DNA of 64,000 nt from Squalus acanthias (taxonomy: Eukaryota). The stretch is from the NCBI GenBank assembly GCA_030390025.1, contig CM059432.1, forward strand, positions 123,320,001 to 123,384,000. The letters run 5' to 3'. The position numbers and the translations under genes are program-made. The notes beneath the pieces are model-generated. The model was given only the letters and a program-made list of their open reading frames with translations. It had not been told where the DNA came from and ran no database searches. Shown one piece after another: positions 37,127 to 48,580 of the stretch. The first letter of the stretch is position 1, and every line of letters begins with the position of its first letter.

Positions 37127-37881
37127 GGCCCTGAATTTGCGGTCGGCGGCGTAGCTAAGGAGTACACCACCGACTTCCGAACGGACTCCGCACTTACCTG
37201 CTGTGAACCCCTCTTTGAGAAGTTGTTTTGAAACGATGCGGAGTTGTGCGCAGTGTAGTGGCCCACGGATCCCTGGGGCGCACCCGGGACCACTTGTGGC
37301 GGTGCTCTTTCACTAGCCAATCAGGAAACATTTCAACTCACCATCAAAGAACTTGTAAATTAAATGGTGTGATACTAATTATATTTGTTTGACAAATATA
37401 GTACTTGGCTTTAAAAATCACAGGGAATACTTTGCAGTAAGTATAGTTATTTACTGGAAGACTCTGCAAGATTAAAAAAAAGATTAAAACAATCTCATCC
37501 CTCAAACTGAACCTTTAAAACTGCCTGGTAGGTTCTCTTACGTGTTTGTTTTTAATTATTATGCAATTTTCTCATCCCCCCCCCCCCTCTCCCCCCACCT
37601 TACGCTGTGCAAACAGGCTCCTGCGCCTGTTTGCACCAGTCATAACATTTTCCAGCGCAATTGATGCACTGTAAGGGGGCAATTAGCCCAACTTTTCGCC
37701 AGCAGATCATTTCAATGAGGATTTGACAGTCGCAGCGGATCATCTGCATATTCGGAACTTGACAGATTGCAAGTTCGGGAATTAGCGCATGCGCTTAATC
37801 CCGAATTTGCAGTCAATTTCAAAGGCGGTGTGATGGTGTATTCTGAGAGTACATCATCATACTGACCGCAAATTCAGGGCC
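37127..37881. mobile_element. Harbinger-type MITE with perfect 18-bp TIR
   Basis: GGCCCTGAATTTGCGGTC and GACCGCAAATTCAGGGCC; GTT TSD at 37124-37126 and 37882-37884. It sits inside an older palindromic repeat. Confidence 0.85.
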
Positions 37882-40742
37882 GTTGTAAACGGTGATTATA
37901 ATGTTCCTCCAGGGTTTCTGCGCATCTTCTGCTGAAGTTATGGAGGACAATCGGAAGAACCCCTGCAGAATTTCAATACCCTCAGAGCTCAGTAACGAAA
38001 TACAGCGATGAAAGTATACCAATAAAAAACATAGAAATCACTCCAAAAATTTCTAAATCTTTTCCGCTGCTGTATTTTTTTGTCCGACTACAAATTGCCA
38101 TGCCAAAAATAAGCTTTGTAACAATAATGAAGATGAAAAAAGAATGTATTTCACAATAACATGACAACCTTGAAATTCCACCGGGGATCGCCTGTTATCC
38201 AGCTATAACTTTGGCAGGAGACTGGTGAAATCAGCAGGGAAATGCATTAAACTGCTGTAAACAGCTATTTACACGGATTCTCTGGGGGTTCCACCTTTCT
38301 CCCACCCTTACAGCAGGAGACCAGGAGAACATCCACAGAATTTCAGGGGCTATAAAATGGGCTTTTGTGTCTTGGAATTTTTCCTGAGGGGGCTCAGCCT
38401 TTCTCAATAGCATGGAGATGGAGTTGATTGTCCTAAAAAGCCGGCAATGTTTTTTGTGCACCATGAGCGCAATAGTGATGTGGGGGGTGGTGGAGGTGCG
38501 GGGCGGGGACAGAAGTTGGGTTGTAAGCCATATCCGCCAGCTCTGACTTCAGCTGGCTGGCCAATGCCATAACTTTCTACCTCTCACGCCCAGCAGGCGC
38601 CCCCGCTGCACCGATACTCTCTGACCCCGGGAACTCTGATAGGGGTTAGGCTCTTTCATTGCCAGTGCAGAGGAAGTCCTGGTCCTCCATTGTACGGTGG
38701 AAAGCGGGTTCACAGATTTCTGGGCCTGATTTTCTTCCCAGAAGTAGCCTTCTGTCAACTGAAAGAGTTAACAACAGAACCAGTGCTCTTCATTTCCCAA
38801 GGATGCCACAATCTGAGTGTGTGCAGTGTGGAGATTTGGACAAGTGCTCTTCCTGGCTCACAGCACTCCAGAGAGCTACTGCTGGCCCATGATCGGCCTC
38901 CTTCCTGTTGTCTTACCCCACCTCCCTGGGAAGCGGCCTGAAGTTCATCCTCTTGAACTGGGCAAGCTACCTCTGGAAGCACGAGAGGTGGCAGCAGCTC
39001 ACCCAAATGATTGAAATGAGGGCCGAGGTCCAATTTCTTCTGTGCTTCGGGCCTCCAGATTGTGCACGTTGGTTATGCACTCAAAACTGGGCCATAACCA
39101 ATTCCTACTCCTAATTATTTATCTTCCAAGAAGCTTCACTGCCTCGGAATCCTTAGAAACCTCTTTCTAAATTCTTTCTGTGGAGATGCAGATCACTACC
39201 GTACTTCTACCACCCCCCACCCCCCGCCACCAGCGTCCCCTCGCCAATGCTGGAGCAAATTTCCTCCTTACTCTCGTGCCATAATTGAAATTATAACGCA
39301 GTGTCGTCTGTTGTGCAGATGGGACAGTGAATAAAACACTGATATTCACTCAAACTTGCTTTTTATTCTCCCTTTGTTTTCTTCAAATTTAATCCCAGCT
39401 CTCAAACAAATTAAGTTTATACTCAGAGAACATTTTTTTTTAGAATCTGTGGCTTTGATTTCCATTTATTTTCCTTCTAAGTATATCGGCTGCTCCCTTA
39501 AGTTCTCATCAATTGAATTCAGCCGAGTTCCAGCCTCATTCTTTATATAAATTTCCCCTCAATGTTTGATCGCCACTGAGAGGCTCTGGCAATGCCTTCA
39601 GAGCTGCAGCTGTCAGGTCAACTATTTGTTGCCTGTCAACCTCGATGTGCTTCTCACACAGAAAATTACACCGCCCATCATAAAGTATTCATTCCACATG
39701 ATCGAAATACCTGGTCTATAAATTCCCACACTATATATAGATATTTTATAGCGCAACAGCTTCTAGATCTTTTTCTTTTCCTTTTTGCAGCAGATAACCA
39801 TCACGTATCACTCTTTAGCCGGAGATCTCCATACCAATCAAACACCACTTTTTTCTAATAGGGAAACATCACCATTTTGTAGTCTAACTAAAAGCTAATG
39901 AGATGCGTCCCATAAATCAATGAGTCAGTTGGAGACTTGGCCTCCTCCAGTACCAATGATCATTTACAGCGGTGCGAAATATAGACTTAACTATTATCCC
40001 GGCTCCGCACCCATTCACATCTAAATGGAGAAAAGGCGACCACAGAGGAATAACATCAATTAATATTTTCCAGGGGTTAATCTTAACAGGTCTGTTGACA
40101 TTTTTGACATATTAATGAAAATAAAGAGAAAAAATACAGAACCTATTTTCAGTGCATAGACTTGACCAGTAGATCTTAACTGTTGAGCATTTACAATCTA
40201 TGCTAAAGATATACAGCATCAGATAAGTGATACTGTTCAAAACATAGTGTGAAGAGAGTGGTGATGGCAAGACAGTCACCTCCATTGATCAAAACTTCAG
40301 CACAGCCTCTTACTCAGGACATTGTTTTGTGATTAAAATATGAATATTTTAGGTCTGCTTTTCTGATGTACCGCCCTGGAGTGGTGCTTCATCTGCAGGG
40401 AGTGCATATCGAGAAATTGCCAGCACACTCCCTATGGAATTCCGACTCAACTTTTAATGGATAGAAAATTGTATGGAGTCCTTCTGCGACTAACCAATAT
40501 GGGCTCCCAGCAAGGTGAGCTCCATACCGGGAATGCAGAATCGGAATATCATCTGTATTGCATTTGGTGTCAGCTGTGGCTCAGTGGGTAGCACTCTCTA
40601 GGTGGGCGTGGCTAGGAGTGAGCAGGTGCTGCTGGGTGCTTGATTACTGCAGGGAGTTGGAGTGTGTTTGTAAAAGGTTGGTGGTGGTTTTTTTTTTCTT
40701 CTTCAGCTTTTAGGGCCTTTTTGGTCCTTAAACAGCAGCCAA

Positions 40743-41500
40743 ATGGCTGCTGAGGGGCCTGGCGGGTCCCTTAGAGGACAATGTTCCCAAGATGAATTTA
40801 ATCAGGGGAGAAAATGTTGGGGGAAGGGAGAAAAAAATGCCCAAAGATTTGGGCCGGGACCCCAGGAGGTTTGGAAAAGAAAACACGGTGGTGGTTCAGT
40901 GCGAGGATAAGGAGATACGAGCTTGGGATATTATCCAGGCGGTACATGAGGACTGCGGCGAGGAAAGCTGCTTTGCCTGCCAACCAAAGCCGACTGTTGG
41001 GTTCGAGGTGACGGTCAGTGGCCAAGAAGAGGTGGAAAGACTTTTACTGAGTTTGAAGGTTAGAGATAAGTTCTTTAGTTCTTTAAGGGAGAAGTGCTAT
41101 AATCTGAAGACGTGGTGGTCTCATTCTTAAACCTGCCAGTTTATATTGAGGACGATGTGCAAATAAAAAAGTTGGAGTCATGGGACAGCAATAAAGAGGA
41201 GATGCTATCCAGGAACGCGGGTAGCAGATGGAACTCATTACGTAAAGGTGCGGTTCCCAGAGGGGGTGATGTCATTGCCATATAGTATGAAATTCGAGAC
41301 AATGGAAGGAGTGCAGTACTTCTGGGTACTGCATGATAACCAGGTGAAGGTTTGTTATTATTGTCTTCGACACGACCATCTTGTAAGAAGCTGTCCAGAT
41401 TTATACTGTTATAACTGCAGTGAGTCTGGACACATCGCTCGGAGCTGCAAGGCAGAGAGCTGTGGCACGAAGGCCTCACCCACTGTGTGTGTGTGGCAGA
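40743..41500 (+). pseudogene. Tx1-type ORF1p (ZCCHC3-like gag protein), frameshifted
   Basis: VVVSFLNLPVYIEDD, YPGTRVADGT..VKVRFPEGVMSLPYSMKF, CYYCLRHDHLVRSC and CYNCSESGHIARSC. Confidence 0.8.
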
Positions 41501-41931
41501 AGGAAACTCCTCGAGTGATGAGGAGATGGGAGAAGGAGAAGGAGCAGGAGGTGTGAGTGGAGCGGCTGGAGGAGTGGAGCAGGCGGAGGACACAGCTGAT
41601 AAATGGAGGGAGAAAGGAGTGCAGGAAGAGGCACAAAATTGCGGAGAAGAGAACAGGATGGAAATAGTAGAAAACACACCAAGTATGGTGGAAAAGGATA
41701 AAGACAGCAGCGGGCAGCACGGGTTGAGGGCAGAGTCAAGCCATAATATGGCACGGCTCTCCCTAAAGAATCTGGGGGAGAGGAGGCGGAGGTGGGGTGC
41801 GGGGTAAGTGTAAGTACTCCAAAGAAAGACGGGGAGTCGGACATCTCGGGGAGCAGGAGGGGGAAAGACAAGGAGAGGCTGCAAGAGGCAGGAGCCTTAA
41901 AGGGGCAGCAGGATGGGAGTGGGGAGACAAA

Positions 41932-42626
41932 GGGCTGGATTTTCATTGACCCGTGGAGGTGGGTTTGGAGGCGTGTGGGGGGTTAAAATTGTGAAAACTG
42001 GCGGGCGGGCACAAGCCCGCCTCCATCCCGCCTCCACGCAATTTTCATTAAATCGTGTCTGCTGGTCCCGACTCCGTCCCGCCGCTGAGAGGCGGGATAG
42101 GCTGTTAAGGCCCTTAACAAGCACTAAATTGCCTCTATAATGCCATTTTGAAAGGCCTTTGTGATTTTAACCCTTTTTCTACATGAAGCATGCCTGTTCT
42201 GAAACACGAATGTGAAACCTGGCGGGAGCACATTTGGATAGCTGACTATCACTGACTGACTGACTGACTGACTGACTGACTGATTGATCTGGGAGTGGTG
42301 GTGAATGGGAGACATATCTGGGAGTGGTGGTGCAAAAATATCTGGGAGCAGACTTAGGGCTGCTGCTGCTCATTTTGCATCCAGGTCCTCTCACAGCAAA
42401 GGCCAGGCAGTCTTTGCAGACCTTCAATGCAGCAGCAATGATGACATCATCAGAGGCGACTTTCAGACTGAAAACACTAATTGGGTCATGGGTTCCCACA
42501 TGCTGGAACTCAATTGCCCAATTAGGTGAAAATCGCATCAATCTCCCACATCCAATTGCAGTCGGGTGGATAACACGAAAAGTGGATAACACGACCCCAA
42601 CCCACCACAGTATCAAAATCCAGCCC
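41932..42626. mobile_element. Harbinger-type MITE inserted in the ORF1 tail; contains an (ACTG)n microsatellite at about 42251-42283
   Basis: TIR GGGCTGGATTTT / AAAATCCAGCCC; AAA TSD at 41929-41931 and 42627-42629. Confidence 0.8.
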
Positions 42627-43602
42627 AAAGATGCCAGAAGGCAGCAAGATAGGTACAGATGAGCCATTGTCCCAGAGAGAGAAGAAACTGGGAGCAAGGG
42701 TCAGCGGTGGAGATGAGGCCGAAGGGAGTGGCACTACTGGAGAAACCGGGATAGCAGGAAGACTCTCTAAGTGAGATTATGTATCTGATGGGGAGCAGGG
42801 ACGGGAGGTTACAGAAGAACTCAAGAGTGAGGAGTCAGAGGGGGACAGAGACATGGAAGTGGGGGGTGGGGTGGCATCATGTGGTAAGGGAAAGGTTAGT
42901 GAGGGGCAGAAGGAGGGAGAAGGGGCAGCTCCTCGGCCCAAACCTAATGTAAGGAAGAGGCTGAAACTGTAGGGAAGGTTCAAACAGGAGGTGAAAAAGA
43001 GCTGGAGGCTGCAGGAGAAAGCAACAGCTGCCCGAAAAGTTGGGAAGGAGCATGAGAGAAGGGAAGGGCCGGAGATTAAATGATGGGGGGATTATCAGGC
43101 ACACTTCCCTTATTCGGAGCCATGATTACTGATCAATTTTTAAAGTACAATAGATTAGTATATGTTCTGGGAGACAAATTAATCTTCAGGTTTTGATGTT
43201 AATATGTAGTTGAGGAATGGCTGTGCAGAGTGGCGGAATGGATTTGTATGATACAATGGAATGATCATGATGTTTTAAATGTTTTTAATGTTTAATAAAT
43301 AATTTTTTTTAAAGTGGGTAGCACTCCCGCCTCTGAGTCTGAAGGATATGGGTTCAAGTCCCACTCCAGAGACTTGAGCACAAAAGTCTAGGCTGTCACT
43401 CCAGTGCAGTACTGACGGAATGCTGTACTGTTGGAGGTGCCGTCTTTCGGATGAGATATTAAACCGAGGCCCTGTCTGCTCTCTCAGGTGGATGTAAAAA
43501 ATCCCATGGAACTATTCGAAGAAGAGCAGGGGAGTTATCCCCGGTGTCCTGGCCAATATTTATCCCTCAATCAACATCACTAAAACAGATTATCTGGTCA
43601 TT

Positions 43603-44363
43603 GGGCCAAAAATTCGGCCCTTCCCGGGTGAGTACGCACTGTGTACTCACCCGTAAGGCCTCCTGAAGTGCCGGTTTCCTGCCTGCACTGCGCACGCGCG
43701 GGAAACCGGAACATCCGGTCTGGTGAAGGGGACGGTTCATAGGTGAACCGCATGCGCGGTAGAGGCTGCACACACGCAGCAAACTTAGGTTTTTTTTCAG
43801 GTTTCTACGGGAGGGTAAGTATTGAAGAACCTGCGCTTTTAAAAAGGAGGTGCAGGACCCGTTTTCAACAAGGTAAGTGGTTAATTAAGTATAATTTAAA
43901 CATTTTTTCAACAGGTTTATCTTTTTTAGATACTTTAAAGAAAGGTAAGTTTATTTTTAGCACTATTAAAAAGTATTTAATTTTTTTCAAAAATTAAAAT
44001 TTTTGTTTAAAGTAGTTAATTTATTTAACTTATAGTTATTTTATAAATGTGATGGGTTTTTAAAAAATTTATTTTAAGTTTAGCTGTTCTTTTGGGGCCG
44101 ATTTCAATTCATAGATTTGACATCCTGTCAAATCTATGAATGGAAGATGGTCTGCTGCCATTGGCTCTCCATGGCCCACGTGATCCCAGGGGACGCATCG
44201 CACTAACTGCGCCCCTGGGACACGCAAGCACTGCGCGCCGGCACTTGGAGCAGGCCCAGGAGCTGAAGTTCCCGTGGGCCCAGAGGTCAACGTCAGGCGC
44301 GGTAGGTAAGTGCGCGCGCGATCCTTACCCCCGCGGCAAGCCGGAGAGGCGAATTTCAGGGCC
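43603..44363. mobile_element. Harbinger-type MITE inserted in the DeuSINE
   Basis: Ends GGGCCAAAAATTCG and CGAATTTCAGGGCC; ATT TSD at 43600-43602 and 44364-44366. The empty site is visible in other SINE copies (ctggtcattatcaca). Confidence 0.85.
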
Positions 44364-44672
44364 ATTATCTCATTGCTGTTTGTGGGAGCTTGCTGTGTGC
44401 AAATTGGCTTCCACGTTTCCTACATTACAACAGTGACTACACTTCAAAATTACTTCATTGGCTGTAAAGTGCTTTGAGATGTCCTGAGGTCGTAAAAGGT
44501 GCTATATAAATGCAAGTCTTCCTTTCTTCTTCCTTTAAGAAGACAATGCTTATACAATAAATTGTCCCTGTGCTGGCTCTTTGAATGAGCTATCCAATTA
44601 GTCCCACTCCCCTGCACTTTCCCAATAGCCCTGCAAAATTTTCCCCTTCAACTATTTATTCAATTCCCTTTT

Positions 44673-45068
44673 GAGACTTGAGCACAAAAATCTAGGCTGG
44701 CACTCCATTACTGAGGGAGTGCTGCACTGTCGGAGGTGCCGTCTTTCAGATGAGACGTTAAACCGAGGCCCTGTCTGCTCTCTCAGGTGGATGTAAAAGA
44801 TCCCATGGCACTACTTCGAAGAAGAGCTGGGGAGTTATCCCCGGTGTCCTGGCCAATATTTATCCCTCAATCAACATCACTACAAAACAGATTATCTGGT
44901 CATTATCACATTACTGTTTGTGGGAGCTTGCTGTGTGCAAATTGGCTGCCGTGTTTCCTACATTACAACTTCATTACAACTTCAAAAAGTACTTAATTGG
45001 TTGTAAAGCACTTTGGGATGTCCTGAGGTCATGAAAGGCGATATATAAATGCAAGTCTTTCTTTCTTT
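44673..45068 (+). mobile_element. DeuSINE (SacSINE1-like), 5'-truncated
   Basis: High similarity to 62673-63140. Confidence 0.8.
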
Positions 45069-45654
45069 GAACATCTCTATTTAATCTTCTCTTAACCTTC
45101 TTTGCTGTCAGGAGTCTGATCTTTGGATGGTGGAGATAAGAGGGATACATCTGGCAATTTCCAGATGGATGGGCATAAAGCTTTCCTGGAGAAACCGTAG
45201 GAAAAATGCATCCGATCCGTACTGCTCTAGTGCAGGGTAAGTATCTCTTCCTAGTATGTATATGATACTTGGCAGGTCAGTGCCTGATACCTGGTAATCC
45301 AGTGAAGAGTGTGCGCCTGTTAAATGCCACCCATTGTAAAGTTTGCACTTGATGCTGGCCAATCCATTGGAGAAGGTAGTGCCCAATACCTGGCCAGTCA
45401 CTGGAAAGTGTATGCCCAAAATCTGAAAGTCCAATGGTATATTATTCCATTAATTGCAGCAAATCTATCGTGAAGAAAATATCATGAGAATGAAAAATCA
45501 GCCATAGGCGATGAGTTCCACACACTGGGGAGCAGGACTGAGGTGCAATGCAAATGTACCATCAAACCCAGCACAATCAGCGGCCTGGTAATTATTAGTG
45601 TCCTGCATTTTCCTGTCAATGCCAACTTGCCTGAGTTAACAGCAAGCTCAGGTT

Positions 45655-45760
45655 TTTTCCAGTTCTGACGAAGGGCCATCAAGCTGAAACGTTAACTCTG
45701 TTTCTCTCTCTACAGATGCTTCCAGCATTTACCAGCATCCGCAGTATTTTGCTCTTGTAT
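45655..45760 (+). mobile_element. Penelope 3' terminal remnant with degenerate hammerhead (45661-45697)
   Basis: agttCTGACGAagggccatcaagctGAAAcgTTaact...ccagcatccgcagtattttgc. Confidence 0.7.
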
Positions 45761-47779
45761 TTGTTGAGCAAGCTAAGGTTGTTTCCCTCTGCGAATCCTC
45801 GTTATCCATTATAACTCTGATACTTCACATAGCCTTACAGCAAAGACCCTCCTTCGCAGTGTCCCTGGAGGTTCAGTTATCTCCTGCATTCTCAGTCATG
45901 TTCTAGCACCACTCCTGCAATCACGTCACCTCAGCATGTGAAGTGTATTCTTTTTGTTACCTGATGTGCAGGATGAGGTGCTATGCAGTAACCACTTTTA
46001 TAGAAGTATAGGGAGGGCAGTTAAAAACACAGCTGTTCAGTTTCTCTCTCTTAAAAAATATTTCTTAAAGATCAGAGAAAATGGTGATCATCGTTCAGAT
46101 CTGTCCGAATCAGTCACACACATATGCAAACAACTTTCCTCTTTCTAGTCCAGAGCTAATGGGCTAATGAGTCCACATCAAGAAACGTAATCATTTTACG
46201 AACTGATTTAAAAAAAAAATGATCTCTTGTAAGGCAATACCAACAGACGGGCTCTTCTGGGTCACCGAGGTAGCTGTGAACATTCTGCAACAGTGACAAA
46301 ACAGATGACTTCAACTGAAGTAAAAATCGGGAGAGATGTAAAACGGGCAAACGACTCGCTATCACTCGTTTTACACTATTGCACAAAGTCAAGATTTACC
46401 CCACCATGTGTAGTTTGTATCTTTTGTCAGTTTTGTCAATTAGGTAATAAAAAGCTCACTTTTAGGAAACAGAGTGACGGAAACAAAGGTTACTGAACAT
46501 ATCTTCTGAAAGCTACAAGATATCTGAGGATGGATTGCACAAAGGGACTCCTGTGTGATGCAGACAATTGCATCTTCAAAGAGAGCGTCTAGAAAGTGAT
46601 TGATTGCGTGTCTGTGAAAGATCAAGTACTGGAAAGATAAACATTCTACTCTGAGTCCTTCAAATCAATGGAGATAAAACAGTATTCCATGCCTTTAGAA
46701 ACATTTCTTTGCGGACAATAAAACATCTTCAGGTCTGCGTTTATTTTTGCATTAAGATATAAGAATACTCCATATCATACAATTTATAGCACAGAAACAT
46801 ACGAGCCTCCTCCCACCTTACTTCATCTAACCCTATCAGTATATCCTTCTATTCCTTTCTCCCTCATGTACTTAGCTAGCTTCCCCTTAAATGCATCTAT
46901 GCTATTCGCCTCAACGATTCTATGCGATAGCGAGTTCCATATTCTAACCAATATCTGGGTGTTATACTATATTCAAATCATATAAGCTTCTCATAGTACA
47001 GGCTGAAATTGGAACTTTCCTGTGCTACCCAGTACTGTACCACAATATACCGTGTCTTTTTGGGTCTGGTAGGATACGATGGAACTATTGCTGATTGCTG
47101 TAGTGTATTTCAGGATATACGTAAGGTGAAACAAGAAACAACACAAAAAGGCCTGATAGGATGTTGAGAGTCCACCTCCCCATCAGATGCTCCGAGCTGG
47201 GAAACATTGTTGAAGTTTATCTTCAGCTGGCCCTAATCAGCACCTCTGCTTTCTGCACATCCACCATGTAAAGAGTGAAAGGAGCAAGCTGGAGATCTGC
47301 CCCAGCTCCCGACTCCTCCCCATCTGCAGCTGGCAACAAAACTCAGTGAGGCGATGGTCACGTTGAGACTTTTTGCCATTTGGCCTAGAAGGGTTTTTTT
47401 TTGGTTTAAACTATAATCGCTGGGAATTTTTAATGTGGGTCCGCTGGCAGGAAATCAACAGGATCCCCGGAGAAACACTGTAAATGGCTAAAACGGTATG
47501 GCAGGAGATTGGGAGAGCCCCGCAAAAATACGGGACCAATATGTTTGTGATACGAAGTCAGATTCGGGATTCTAAAGATTAATTCCATACATCCAAGATC
47601 CTTTTTTTAATTGACAGAGAAAAAAGGCTGGAGCCACGAGAACAAAGGACAACTTGAGATGTTGAGAAGCTGTCCCAAAAAGTAATGGGCCAACCATCCC
47701 AACTGTTACCCATATCAGGTTGAGACAATGGGGTGGTTGTGACCACACTCCAAAATCTCCTGGTGATATTCACACATAA

Positions 47780-48580
47780 TGGCCTATAAATTCGGTCGTG
47801 CAGTGTCTGTTTTTTGGGTGCTAACTGGCCTACTAATATGGCACGCAAGAAGTGCACTCACATTTCTGGACTGAAGTGTATCATCCACCATATTGGGAAA
47901 GGAAAACTTATAGACGTCCTTTACCCACACCTGCTTCAAATAAGGGGCCTAACGCCCACTTGACACCCCCGTTCCAACATTGGTTTTCCCTGAGATTGCA
48001 CTAAGGGAAACCAGATCTTGCCTGCAACCTACAAGGTAAGTCTTTTACATTTATTTACCTGAATGTTCTGCCAGGAGCAGGAGGGCTCCGCCCGACACCA
48101 CACTTAATACCCCACCATGATTGCCGTCGTGCCTGACCTCATCTCCCGAACCCCGATACTCCCCCTAGGCCTTCTTTCCCAACCCCTAACCAGACCCCAC
48201 CAATCCACGGACCCTACCCGCAATCGCCGCCCATGATCCTCGGCCCCCGTGAATCCTGGACCCAATCCCAATTACGGACCCCCGTCCCTGATCTGACCCC
48301 CAATCCAATTCCCAGCTTGGACACTCGGTCCCCATCGGGCCACTGATGTCAGGGGCGCCTCGGGCCTCACCATTCAGGGGCAGAATATAAACCCTGCGAC
48401 CCCCACGCACCTTAAAAATGGGTGCAGCCAAATTGGTAGGCCAATATGTTAAATGGGCTTCCCAGCAGGGGCTCGACTGAACAGGCCATGCAGGTGTTCT
48501 GGGTGGGGAGGTTTCTGGTGCAAAGTAGCCAGTTTGATTGGCAACTCAACTGGCCAATCCCTGGCCATGGAAAACTGAGG
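47780..48580. mobile_element. Probable decayed Harbinger-type MITE
   Basis: Family-like left end GGCCTATAAATTCGG and a C-rich core; right end degenerate. Confidence 0.35.

Larger units (their letters stand above)
40599..43312 (+). mobile_element. Tx1/L1-type retroelement carrying only ORF1
   Basis: ORF1 remnant with two CCHC knuckles, no ORF2, AATAAA near the 3' end; TSD agtgggtagcactc at 40583-40596 and 43313-43326. Confidence 0.75.
40570..44535 (+). mobile_element. DeuSINE (SacSINE1-like) split by a Tx1-type insertion and a MITE
   Basis: Head 40570-40598, body 43313-43602 and 44364-44535 reassemble into a copy of 62673-63140. Confidence 0.8.

Noticed and set aside
40743..41500. Host ZCCHC3 gene
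   Set aside because: Frameshifted, and bounded by a TSD inside a SINE, so it is retroelement ORF1.
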